A stretch of DNA of 27,256 bases from IMG/VR virus record IMGVR_UViG_3300030095_002016, positions 1 through 27,256 of that record. The stretch is one strand, 5' to 3'. Each line of letters opens with the position of its first letter. Position 1 is the first letter of the stretch. The stretch is from a virus (taxonomy: Duplodnaviria; Caudoviricetes). Shown here in pieces: positions 1-7,893 of the stretch. A model generated the notes under the pieces. That model saw only the letters and a list, made by a program, of their open reading frames with translations. It made no database searches and had not been told where the DNA came from. The translations under genes were made by a program, and so were the position numbers.

Positions 1-49
1 GGCCAAGATCAAAGCGGCTTTCGCAAAAGTTAAGGGAGAGAAGGGATGA
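1..49 (+). CDS. 3' end of a gene truncated by the window edge (...AKIKAAFAKVKGEKG*)
   Basis: Frame 2 is open from the edge to TGA at 47-49, which overlaps the next ATG (ATGA coupling). Confidence 0.5.
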   Translation, partial: AKIKAAFAKVKGEKG

Positions 50-237
50 AGATAACACGCTTGAAGAGAGGCTATCGGCTGCATATGTCTGATGCTGAGT
101 TTGATTTATATCGGTCGGCTTTAGATGAGGGTTTTGCTGGTCTGGCTGCAACGGAAGAAAACGATCTTTTTAACAAGATCAACGGCACAGATAAAATCAG
201 TGATTGGTTTGAGATCGCTGACGACAGGAGAGGATGA
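46..237 (+). CDS. hypothetical protein (63 aa)
   Basis: Purine-rich RBS upstream; ATGA overlaps at both ends. Confidence 0.7.
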   Translation: MKITRLKRGYRLHMSDAEFDLYRSALDEGFAGLAATEENDLFNKINGTDKISDWFEIADDRRG

Positions 238-941
238 GGATAATGACACCGCATAGTGGGAAATATGTGGCTTATCTTCGCGTCTCAACGCAACGCCAGG
301 GACAGTCTGGCCTGGGTATTGAGGCGCAAAGGAAGGTAGTCAACGATCATTTGAATGGCGGTGAGTGGGAGATCATCGCTGAATATGTCGAGCATGAGTC
401 TGGTAAAAGATCAGACCGCAGACGTAAAGAACTAGCCGCAGCCTTAAAGCATTGCAAGGAAGAGGGCGCGACCCTCATCATAGCCAACATATCCAGGCTA
501 ACCCGTAACCTGGCATTTCTGACCAGGATCATTGAGTCCCAAATCCCGATCATCGCTTGTGATGTACCGGACATGGGAAACCCCAGCCAAAATAAATTTA
601 TGTTGCAGATGATGGCGAATATTGCTGAGTATGAGGGGGCTATGATCTCTGACCGTACCAGGAAAGCCCTTGCAGCTAAGAAAGCCAGGGGAGAGTCTAT
701 GGGCACCCCAGACCCCTATGCAGGGGCGAGACTAGGGGGCGCGGAAACAGCCAGTGCAGTCGATGCCTGGGCAGAAGAACTTAGACCCGTCATAGCCGAT
801 CTAAAGAAATACGGGTGTAAATCTCTTAAAGAAATAGCTAAGGGGCTTGAGGCGCGGGGGGCTAAAACCTTTCGCGGTAAAGACAAGTGGGCCCTAAGCA
901 GCGTTAGAAATCTTTTAACCAGGTTAGGAGAATGGAAATGA
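234..941 (+). CDS. serine recombinase (resolvase/invertase-family catalytic domain plus C-terminal recombinase-type DNA-binding domain)
   Basis: YVAYLRVSTQRQ catalytic-Ser motif, E..SG, ISRLTRN, AEYEGAMISDRTRKAL helix E, and C-terminal SLKEIAKGLEARG...W..SSVRNLL. Confidence 0.93.
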   Translation: MRIMTPHSGKYVAYLRVSTQRQGQSGLGIEAQRKVVNDHLNGGEWEIIAEYVEHESGKRSDRRRKELAAALKHCKEEGATLIIANISRLTRNLAFLTRIIESQIPIIACDVPDMGNPSQNKFMLQMMANIAEYEGAMISDRTRKALAAKKARGESMGTPDPYAGARLGGAETASAVDAWAEELRPVIADLKKYGCKSLKEIAKGLEARGAKTFRGKDKWALSSVRNLLTRLGEWK

Positions 942-1480
942 ATAACCAACACATAAACCAGGACAATGATTGGGCAACGGCCCCGCCAGTTGATTTAAGA
1001 AGGCTCTACGCCAGAGAGTTGTGTGTCTTTCAGTTAAAAACATATCAGTTTCACAGCAATAGAACCGACTCAAAAGTTTCAAGGTATCTGTCGTCAACTA
1101 ATCTTAAATGGCAATTTGGAAATATAATGTGCATAGCTGCATTTGACAATCAAGGTTACACAATTACAGAGATTTCTAAAATTCTAGATTGCTCCAGACA
1201 ACAGGCCATGCGGATGGTTGATGATTGTCTTGCTGAGGGGTGGGTCCGGCTTTGTGGAAAGCTAAGTTATCAAGGCGCAGCAATACTTTCAGATCAAACA
1301 ATGGGAGCATATTTAGACGCCTATCTGCTGGTATTGAGGAAAACTGATGTGGTTAAAACAGGTGCAGCTTATCGCGCTGCAATCAGTGTAAAGCCAAGTG
1401 ACGTTGAATTTGCACATGAATATAAAGTAGAAAGGATGAATGATGAGTTACAAACGGAGAAAAACATCATTAAGAGTTGA
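938..1480 (+). CDS. winged-helix DNA-binding protein (MarR-like HTH)
   Basis: YTITEISKILDCSRQQAMRMVDDCLAEGWVR HTH pattern. AGGAG at 926-930 and the ATGA overlap favour the start at 938 over 932. Confidence 0.65.
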   Translation: MNNQHINQDNDWATAPPVDLRRLYARELCVFQLKTYQFHSNRTDSKVSRYLSSTNLKWQFGNIMCIAAFDNQGYTITEISKILDCSRQQAMRMVDDCLAEGWVRLCGKLSYQGAAILSDQTMGAYLDAYLLVLRKTDVVKTGAAYRAAISVKPSDVEFAHEYKVERMNDELQTEKNIIKS

Positions 1481-2024
1481 CCCGTTATCCGAGCCAAAAA
1501 AGGCAACGCGGGGCAAAAACTATTTCAAAACATCAGATGATGTGTTGGAAGAAAAGAACGCAGTTTTTGAGAATGAGGCACCACTGCCAGAATTTGATAG
1601 CCTCGGACGCCGTAAACCAATCAAGATAACCGAGGCAGAAAAAGGGGCCCAGGTTGCAAGAGAAATCCAGGACATTTACGGGGGCTTACCCAGGACACGG
1701 GCCAAGCGATGGAGAAATCAACAAAGCTATCGTAACTCCCTGTTCATTCTAGATGTTGACTCTGGATCACAAATGAGGCCAACCATGCGTATGACAATTC
1801 CGGCTTTATTTGATTGTCACTTGGACAATGCAATCCATAGGTTTTCTGAGTTAGTCCAGGATCTTACCGCATTAAAAAAACTGAAGGTTGGTAAGATGAC
1901 GAATAAGCGGACCAGGATAATGTTGATGCGCTCGGCCATTTACCATACGCACTGCAAGTTAAAGTTTGATGCAGATGGATATAAAGACACTGTGGCAGAG
2001 GATTTTTTGCCTCAGAACGACTAA
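1440..2024 (+). CDS. hypothetical basic protein (194 aa)
   Basis: Long ORF in the operon overlapping the previous gene; no motif recognised. Confidence 0.7.
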   Translation: MMSYKRRKTSLRVDPLSEPKKATRGKNYFKTSDDVLEEKNAVFENEAPLPEFDSLGRRKPIKITEAEKGAQVAREIQDIYGGLPRTRAKRWRNQQSYRNSLFILDVDSGSQMRPTMRMTIPALFDCHLDNAIHRFSELVQDLTALKKLKVGKMTNKRTRIMLMRSAIYHTHCKLKFDADGYKDTVAEDFLPQND

Positions 2025-2026
2025 AT

Positions 2027-2075
2027 CAATAGCCAAACGGGTATGGGTAGTTTATCCGCAAGTCTCGGGCTATTG
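2027..2075 (+). promoter_or_regulatory. intergenic stem-loop (outer CAATAGCC/GGCTATTG, inner CGGGTA/TATCCG)
   Basis: 8-bp inverted repeat at 2027-2034/2068-2075 enclosing a 6-bp stem at 2038-2043/2053-2058; no U-tract follows. Confidence 0.35.
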
Positions 2076-2111
2076 TAATTATTAACCACCACACCAAAAG
2101 GAGAGTGTTCC

Positions 2112-2390
2112 TTGGAAAATCAATTACCTAAGCCAGAGTTACAAGAAGAAATGTCGCATAATGTATATTGCCGCAGTTCAGTCGGCCAGCGGAACATACT
2201 CAATAGCATTATCAACTCTTCCTATCCCACCAGGCTAACCTATTCAGACAAAACCCCTGTCACCCTGCGTGATGCGGTGAGGTGGGCGTTTGAGTTTGTT
2301 TGTATCGGCACTATCACCGTTGCCATGTGCTATCTCATCGCTGTTTCTGATGGCTTTGACCAGCATTTGATTGATTTGGCGGGGAGATAA
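2112..2390 (+). CDS. small membrane protein (TTG start, one C-terminal TM helix)
   Basis: Strong RBS AAGGAG upstream; hydrophobic segment WAFEFVCIGTITVAMCYLIAV. Confidence 0.6.
   Translation: MENQLPKPELQEEMSHNVYCRSSVGQRNILNSIINSSYPTRLTYSDKTPVTLRDAVRWAFEFVCIGTITVAMCYLIAVSDGFDQHLIDLAGR
2151..2178. other. dif: dif-like XerC/XerD recombination site with degenerate XerD arm (candidate attP or resolution site)
   Basis: ATGTCGCATAA-TGTATA-TTGCCGCAGTT; 15 contiguous bases (CGCATAATGTATATT) match E. coli dif GGTGCGCATAATGTATATTATGTTAAAT. Confidence 0.6.
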
Positions 2391-2394
2391 GTTG

Positions 2395-3381
2395 ATGGTC
2401 GGTAAACTTACATCTGATGCCAAACTATCTGGATCGAAAGCACCCGTTCTAATGGGTGAGGCCCATCCAAGTTTTGGCGATAGCCGGAATGATCTAATGG
2501 CCCAGGTACTTAACGCCCAGGGGAAAGGCAACTATCAAACCTCTCAATTCACGGGCTCAGAGCCAGCCGATTGGGGCAATGAATTTGAGTCCACAATTAT
2601 CCGCAAAGGGGCTGAACGGCTGGGGATCGACAAATATGATGATAAAATCACCGAGGTTTATAACCATGGTGATTTATTCTCAGTTAGCCTGGACGGTATT
2701 CTTTTCAATCCTGACCCAAAAATTATTTCATCTGCGCCAGGCATTATTCTGATGAATGGCCAAGATCGAATGGGGCTGGTTGGAAATGGTATCATTGAAA
2801 GCAAACTTACCTCAGCCCCTTACACTGAAACCCCACCACCATACCGAGGGCCCTGGCAATTAGATATGCAAATGCTTTGTTATGGCTGTGATTGGGGTGT
2901 TATCGCCACATTGTACCAGGGCACCAGGCTTGTACTAAATGTTTATCAGGCAAACAAGGAACGCCAGGCTGCATTGATTGAAGCGGCAGAAGATTTTTAT
3001 TCACGCCTGGACGGTCCTGATTGGTATCCCGCAATGGACGGGGCTGACGCATCTAGAACCTATGGCAACGGTGATGATGATCTGCCGCCCGTTGACCTGG
3101 AGCCTATTGCTGATATTGCTTTGGAATATTATGAGGCTAGGAGAGCGGCCAAGGCAACTGAGGCTTACTATAAATCACTTGAGCCAGCATTGATGGATCA
3201 TATGGCCAAGCATGAAAACGCTTTTCTGAATGATGAGAATGGTGAGCGGTTGTTTGAGGTTAAGTGGCCAACCAGGGTCACAAAGCCTCAACCTGAGAAG
3301 ATTATCCCAGCAAAGCCAGGCAAGGTCGAGCGTCAAAAGTCTTTAACCATCAACGCGAAATGGATGGGAGATGACGAATGA
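2395..3381 (+). CDS. YqaJ-like viral recombinase / lambda-exonuclease-family nuclease
   Basis: WGNEFE, SLDG, IIESK and Q..MQM motifs of the PD-(D/E)xK YqaJ family; RBS GGGGAG before ATG 2395. Confidence 0.85.
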   Translation: MVGKLTSDAKLSGSKAPVLMGEAHPSFGDSRNDLMAQVLNAQGKGNYQTSQFTGSEPADWGNEFESTIIRKGAERLGIDKYDDKITEVYNHGDLFSVSLDGILFNPDPKIISSAPGIILMNGQDRMGLVGNGIIESKLTSAPYTETPPPYRGPWQLDMQMLCYGCDWGVIATLYQGTRLVLNVYQANKERQAALIEAAEDFYSRLDGPDWYPAMDGADASRTYGNGDDDLPPVDLEPIADIALEYYEARRAAKATEAYYKSLEPALMDHMAKHENAFLNDENGERLFEVKWPTRVTKPQPEKIIPAKPGKVERQKSLTINAKWMGDDE

Positions 3382-3629
3382 GCATGACTCCGCGTCAAAA
3401 AGATACCCTGGATTTCATCGTAGGCTTCCAGGTTAAGAAGGGATATAGCCCAACATTTAAGGAGATAGCTGAGGGAATTGGCGTCAAATCAACGGGCCGT
3501 ATTCAAACCCTGGTCAACGCACTCCAGGACCGTGGCTATATCACAACCAGGGCAGGGGGCAGAAGAACGATTGAGGTGCTTAAAACTACGCCTCTCCAGA
3601 ACTTGCCAGTTGGTGCGCTTGATCCCTAG
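3378..3629 (+). CDS. LexA-type DNA-binding domain protein without peptidase domain
   Basis: MTPRQ..LDFI...GYSPTFKEIAEGIGVKST......L..RGYI...G.RR.IEV matches the LexA N-terminal wHTH; 83 aa only. Confidence 0.85.
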   Translation: MSMTPRQKDTLDFIVGFQVKKGYSPTFKEIAEGIGVKSTGRIQTLVNALQDRGYITTRAGGRRTIEVLKTTPLQNLPVGALDP

Positions 3630-4128
3630 TCTCATTGTTTCGCCTGGTCCAGCCATTGCCAAAAGTCTCAAAAGTTTTGAGCCGCTCATAAAATGCCTGG
3701 CGTTTTTCATACATATTATCAATTAACTTGGCCGTGTCATATTCGCCTATCGCGGCCAAAGTTTTTGGTCCTATGCCACCATCCGGCTTAACCATCACTA
3801 ATCTCTGCAAGGTCTTAGCTGATCTGCCTGGCCCAGAATTAACGGCCCAATCGAAAATGCTCCAATCCAAACCGCTAGGCAGATTGTCTCCAGAAATTTT
3901 GTCCCAATAACCTTCACGATAAATCTGTTCAACGTGAATATCAGGTATGTTTCTCATGGCCTCTTCATCAACAGTCGCGTCATTACCAATGGTTTCACTG
4001 AGCCATTTTTGATATGTATTGGCCGTGATGCCTTTGTTGGTCATGCCGCCTGGATCGTCTGGATGATCTACAAACCCGCCCTCATGTTCGAGAAGCCACT
4101 CCAGGCATTGCTCAAAATTCTGTCTCAT
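3586..4128 (-). CDS. endolysin, glycoside hydrolase family 108 with peptidoglycan-binding domain
   Basis: EGGFVDHPDDPGGMTNKGIT catalytic motif, FDWAVNSG, DGGIGPKT, FGNGWTRR. Confidence 0.93.
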   Translation of the reverse strand: MRQNFEQCLEWLLEHEGGFVDHPDDPGGMTNKGITANTYQKWLSETIGNDATVDEEAMRNIPDIHVEQIYREGYWDKISGDNLPSGLDWSIFDWAVNSGPGRSAKTLQRLVMVKPDGGIGPKTLAAIGEYDTAKLIDNMYEKRQAFYERLKTFETFGNGWTRRNNETRDQAHQLASSGEA

Positions 4129-4517
4129 TTGATGGTTTCCCTGGCAACGCCCTTAGACTTTTCCCAGCTACGCATACCGCCAAGGCCGAGAAGTGCCAGG
4201 GTTAGGCTCATTAATTCTTCGGTATTTAGTTCTGGGAGAGGGGTGCCTGGGGCCCAGATAGCCGTGGCCCACTCAGCCAGGGGCATCAGGAAGAACTGAG
4301 TCGCAAGGCCCAGGCAACAAACCCACATGATGGCTGGCCTGGCACCCGCCACAAATATGCTTGAGTGCTTGGCTTGTTGGATATTAGCCTCAGCTTGAGC
4401 CGCTTGCAGTCCTACAAGCTGTTGTTCAAGTTGAGCCTTGATCTGGTTCTTTGCGTCTTTATCTTCGACAAACTTATCTAAGATAGGTGCAGCTAATCCA
4501 AGTATGGAACTAATCAT
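4125..4517 (-). CDS. holin (3-TM, GTA-type holin family)
   Basis: AGARPAIMWVC...LLGLGGMRSWEKSKG pattern, adjacent to the endolysin. Start reassigned to 4517 (GGAG RBS, ATGA overlap). Confidence 0.85.
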   Translation of the reverse strand: MISSILGLAAPILDKFVEDKDAKNQIKAQLEQQLVGLQAAQAEANIQQAKHSSIFVAGARPAIMWVCCLGLATQFFLMPLAEWATAIWAPGTPLPELNTEELMSLTLALLGLGGMRSWEKSKGVARETIK

Positions 4518-4729
4518 CTCGACAGAACTCCTTTCGGCATTGCGCGACAAGTCCAGCCAACAGGCTTGTAGCCAGGCATATATCGATGCACTCTCTCAGC
4601 AAGCACCAACGCGTGGGCTTGACAGGCAGACTCACTGTCTTGCCATGTCTGACTTTCGAGTTGTTTGCAAAACTCACCAGTCATGTTCGAGGTTCCAATC
4701 ACACATGCCATGATAAGAGCCTGGTACAT
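4514..4729 (-). CDS. small Cys-containing, possibly exported protein in the lysis region
   Basis: Hydrophobic N-terminus and four Cys; translationally coupled at both ends. Confidence 0.7.
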   Translation of the reverse strand: MYQALIMACVIGTSNMTGEFCKQLESQTWQDSESACQAHALVLAERVHRYMPGYKPVGWTCRAMPKGVLSR

Positions 4730-5040
4730 TATTTTTTACCTAACATGCTCGCACCCATATAGACTGAGACCACCCCGCCGCCGGTTATATAAAAAATGTT
4801 AGAAATGTCTGAAAGGGCCTTGACGCGATCTAACGGGACAAAAAACATAGCCACAGTAAAAGCACCCATAGCGATCAGTGAATATCTAGCCATGCGTAGT
4901 TGGGCTAAATGCTTACGCAATTCTGTTTCTGTTTTTTTGATTTCTTTTACATGGGCAAGCTCTGAGTCACTAACTACTCCGTCACCGTCCTCGTCATACT
5001 CGCTGTAGATAGAGTCTGTTTGTAATTTTTTTTGAGTCAT
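4729..5040 (-). CDS. membrane protein with EF-hand-like loop and two TM helices
   Basis: DEDGDGVVSDSE loop followed by two hydrophobic segments; start at 5040 by ATGA overlap. Confidence 0.75.
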   Translation of the reverse strand: MTQKKLQTDSIYSEYDEDGDGVVSDSELAHVKEIKKTETELRKHLAQLRMARYSLIAMGAFTVAMFFVPLDRVKALSDISNIFYITGGGVVSVYMGASMLGKK

Positions 5041-5516
5041 ACGTTCACCACCAACGCCCAAAAGAGCAACCCTATGGCTATTGTAATTACACCAAAAACA
5101 AAAACACCAATCTTTATAGTTTCCATCATTTCATTGTGCTTGGCCAAGGCTTCGCGCCGTTCCTTTATTGCCTGGGCTCGGGCTTCTTGAATACGCTTTT
5201 GTCTCTCACTCAAGATTTCTGACCAGGAATTAGGCCCAAATCTCATATTGATTGCGTTTTTTACGCTTAACATTTCCTCGTCTTTTAATTTTCGATTGAC
5301 ATATTCTTGAGCCACAGACTCAACACCGAACTGATCGGTGAGTGATACGTTAGCCTTACGGTTTGCCGCATCGTTTACTTCTTTCTCACCTCGGAACAAA
5401 TCATCTATGCTTTTAGCCAGGCTGGAAATGTCTTTGCACGAATCTACGTTTTGACGAATAAAATCCGCACTAGCTTTGACCAGGCTAATGCCAGTTAATA
5501 TTTCAGCGACTACCAT
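5037..5516 (-). CDS. coiled-coil protein with C-terminal TM anchor
   Basis: Start MVVAEILTG at 5516 (RBS GAGGG); C-terminal IGVFVFGVITIAIGLLFWALV. Confidence 0.75.
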   Translation of the reverse strand: MVVAEILTGISLVKASADFIRQNVDSCKDISSLAKSIDDLFRGEKEVNDAANRKANVSLTDQFGVESVAQEYVNRKLKDEEMLSVKNAINMRFGPNSWSEILSERQKRIQEARAQAIKERREALAKHNEMMETIKIGVFVFGVITIAIGLLFWALVVNV

Positions 5517-5517
5517 G

Positions 5518-5685
5518 TCACCCTCGCATGATGACGCTAAGTAACAACACAATTATCGTACCAGCAGAACCAATCATAATGTGTTCAATGCGTTTGATAC
5601 GCGCAATAGTCTCAGTCCATCGTTCTTCCGCAACGACAATGTGCTTTTCTAATTCAACATGGATGGACGCTACAGACGGTTTCAT
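5518..5685 (-). CDS. 55-aa membrane protein not in the ORF track (MKPSVASIHVELEKHIVVAEERWTETIARIKRIEHIMIGSAGTIIVLLLSVIMRG)
   Basis: Fills the gap exactly; TGATG overlap with the upstream gene; coiled coil plus C-terminal TM helix. Confidence 0.75.
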   Translation of the reverse strand: MKPSVASIHVELEKHIVVAEERWTETIARIKRIEHIMIGSAGTIIVLLLSVIMRG

Positions 5686-6239
5686 CAGCCAGCTATTTCC
5701 ATAGCAATAATGCTAGATGTCAATCTTTCATAACTAGCATTGCTTGTGTCTGTTACTGTATGATTGAGATTATAAGTAGACGCAGACTGTGGACTATAAT
5801 GAGCAACTTTATAAGTCAGCGCAGATGTTGATGCTGGACTGTCAATATAGGTATAATTAACACCCTCTGGTGTACTTGCATTATCAGACTCATGAGATAT
5901 GTAACCTATAGCAATGCCAGAGTTACGAAGCCCAACAGCACTTTTTCGCAACTCAGTTGTATCTCTCACAAAAAACCAAGTGCCATTCCAGTTCATAGTT
6001 CTTGAAGCAAACTCACCCATTACCATCGCTTTCAAAAGTATTTTATTGCTTGCTGATGTTGGCGTTATCGACACTGTTAATTGACTAAATGTTCTTGTGG
6101 TACTGCCACCAAGAGTTACATTAGCAATATCATCAGTTTGCACATACTTTACTTGAACTACGCCAGAGGGATCTACAACACCAGATGGCAAAGCAGTGAC
6201 GCTGGTCAGAGACTGATTGTTTAATCGTATGAGTGCCAT
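5685..6239 (-). CDS. tail fibre-associated / receptor-binding-like beta-rich protein
   Basis: VVQVK...LTVSITPTSASNKILL...YTYIDSPASTSALTYKV...SSIIAMEIAG pattern typical of phage fibre-cassette proteins. Confidence 0.7.
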   Translation of the reverse strand: MALIRLNNQSLTSVTALPSGVVDPSGVVQVKYVQTDDIANVTLGGSTTRTFSQLTVSITPTSASNKILLKAMVMGEFASRTMNWNGTWFFVRDTTELRKSAVGLRNSGIAIGYISHESDNASTPEGVNYTYIDSPASTSALTYKVAHYSPQSASTYNLNHTVTDTSNASYERLTSSIIAMEIAG

Positions 6240-6245
6240 GACAAT

Positions 6246-7085
6246 TTATCCTATCAAAACGCCAGAAAACATACTGCCACGGTCATTAATGCCGATAGAA
6301 GTGTCGGATTCAGTACGAACCCAATGCTCTATTTCTTGATTAGCAGTACATTGTAAAATAGTAGAGGAAGTAAGACTTTGATAATCAGTCGAAGGTGAGC
6401 CAATCAAAACATAGGCTGAACGAAATACTATATCTGATACACTTGTTCCTTGTCCGTTACCTGTGTAACCGGTTGTTCTCAAACCCATGTTAATGTAATC
6501 ATTAGTTGAAATACTATCTACCCGCAGCGAAATATTAAATTGATAAATTCCCGCCACAGGCGCAATAAATTTATTGTTACTTTTATCAAAACAATTAGCT
6601 GTATCAAATTGTTCAGTTCCATTGGTATTATAATTAACTGTAACAGTTCCTGATGCGTCTATAGTGTGTGTAGTTGTGATTGTGCTTAAAAACGCAACGC
6701 TACCACCTAGCCCAGTCAGCGCCGACCCATCAATTGCTGGCAAAGCACCAGTTAATTTTGATGCAGCCATTGACTGTATTTTAGCATCTGTCACCGTACC
6801 ATCGCTAGGCGTACCCACACCCAACACATCGCCCAAGGCCACAATAAAGTCGATGCTGTCGTTCGATGTAAGTGCGCTGTCAAATACGAGGTTGCTACCG
6901 CTGACTGTGAAGCTGTCTTGCGGGGCTTGGATGACACCATTCAAACTAACAAGAAGCTGATTAGCAGTCTCAGGAAAGAATGCCGCAGAGCCCAGCGTCA
7001 AAGCGTATGTCGCGGTAGCTGATGCGGTCAGGCTGTCTAACTTATGAAAGCCGCCGCTGACAGGTGCTTTTCCTATGTATGGCAT
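6246..7085 (-). CDS. tail fibre-like protein with C-terminal C1q/TNF-like domain
   Basis: MPYIG N-terminus, LLVSLNGVIQAP, SKLTGALPAI linker, FIAPVAGIYQF and terminal FSGVLIG (C1q-like). Confidence 0.75.
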   Translation of the reverse strand: MPYIGKAPVSGGFHKLDSLTASATATYALTLGSAAFFPETANQLLVSLNGVIQAPQDSFTVSGSNLVFDSALTSNDSIDFIVALGDVLGVGTPSDGTVTDAKIQSMAASKLTGALPAIDGSALTGLGGSVAFLSTITTTHTIDASGTVTVNYNTNGTEQFDTANCFDKSNNKFIAPVAGIYQFNISLRVDSISTNDYINMGLRTTGYTGNGQGTSVSDIVFRSAYVLIGSPSTDYQSLTSSTILQCTANQEIEHWVRTESDTSIGINDRGSMFSGVLIG

Positions 7086-7094
7086 CTTATCTCC

Positions 7095-7280
7095 TTACGG
7101 CTTTGTAGGCCAAGAAACATCATCAAGTGATGTTGCTGTTTTGGTTATATCTCGTAAGTCTTGACGATACTTTTTTTGTGCTTGCGTCATAGTGCGGTCA
7201 GATAAAGCCCATACATCGGTATTCATTAGAAGCAAATCACGGCTTCCTCTTAATTGCTGTAATTTTTCTTCATCTGTCAT
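7095..7280 (-). CDS. tail fibre assembly chaperone-like protein
   Basis: LR..RD.LL..TD.WAL.D......YRQ.LRDIT......WPTKP signature. Confidence 0.8.
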   Translation of the reverse strand: MTDEEKLQQLRGSRDLLLMNTDVWALSDRTMTQAQKKYRQDLRDITKTATSLDDVSWPTKP

Positions 7281-7284
7281 TTAA

Positions 7285-7884
7285 TTATCCAATTGCTGTT
7301 ATGATTAAACTCGGTCTGCGAAACTGTGCGCTACCGGCTCCATCCCAATAGTATGTTCTGTGAAGCTCTACTGAATTTGATGAATTGTGTTCTCTTGCTT
7401 GCATTTTTATAACTTTTGCTGATGTCCAAGATGCTTGTCTACCAGTTGTAGTATTAGCAGAGCCGCCTACAGGAATTACATATTTGTAACTCATCTGATC
7501 GTTAAGCATACTTGCCGCTGACATCCCCTGTCGGCCGTCAACTACTTCATTACTGTCGATAAACAGCTTAAAATGCCCAATACCGTGATGGTTTGTTGAG
7601 CCATGTCGAAATTCAAAGATAAAGTTGTAAATAACCGCTAACGTACCACTTGGCGGTGTGTAGGATAAAACTGAACCTGTAATGTCTTGGTAACTGCTCG
7701 TTAAAGCCTGATAAGTTGTAACATTTGTAGGTGTGTAAGTACCGCTACCAACGACATAATTTTCGCCATCGCAAAGCATAGCAAGATGTTCTTTAATGTT
7801 GCTACCAGAGCCTGTCACCGTGCCAGTAAACGCATAGTCGTCAGCAAGGTTTAGGCTTTCGGATTGTATTACTGATTTTGCCAT
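7285..7884 (-). CDS. tail fibre-associated beta-rich protein
   Basis: Thr/Ser/Gly-rich, ends RPSLIITAIG; lies within the fibre cassette. Confidence 0.7.
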   Translation of the reverse strand: MAKSVIQSESLNLADDYAFTGTVTGSGSNIKEHLAMLCDGENYVVGSGTYTPTNVTTYQALTSSYQDITGSVLSYTPPSGTLAVIYNFIFEFRHGSTNHHGIGHFKLFIDSNEVVDGRQGMSAASMLNDQMSYKYVIPVGGSANTTTGRQASWTSAKVIKMQAREHNSSNSVELHRTYYWDGAGSAQFRRPSLIITAIG

Positions 7885-7893
7885 GTCACCCTC

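Noticed and set aside
234-941. Serine recombinase as a Gin/Cin-type tail-fibre invertase
   Set aside because: All fibre genes are co-oriented, the shared repeat is direct, and no inverted crossover sites were found.
2097-2109. 13-mer AAAGGAGAGTGTT also present on the minus strand at 20791-20803, both before non-ATG starts
   Set aside because: Mostly Shine-Dalgarno consensus, so two copies are weak evidence of anything more.
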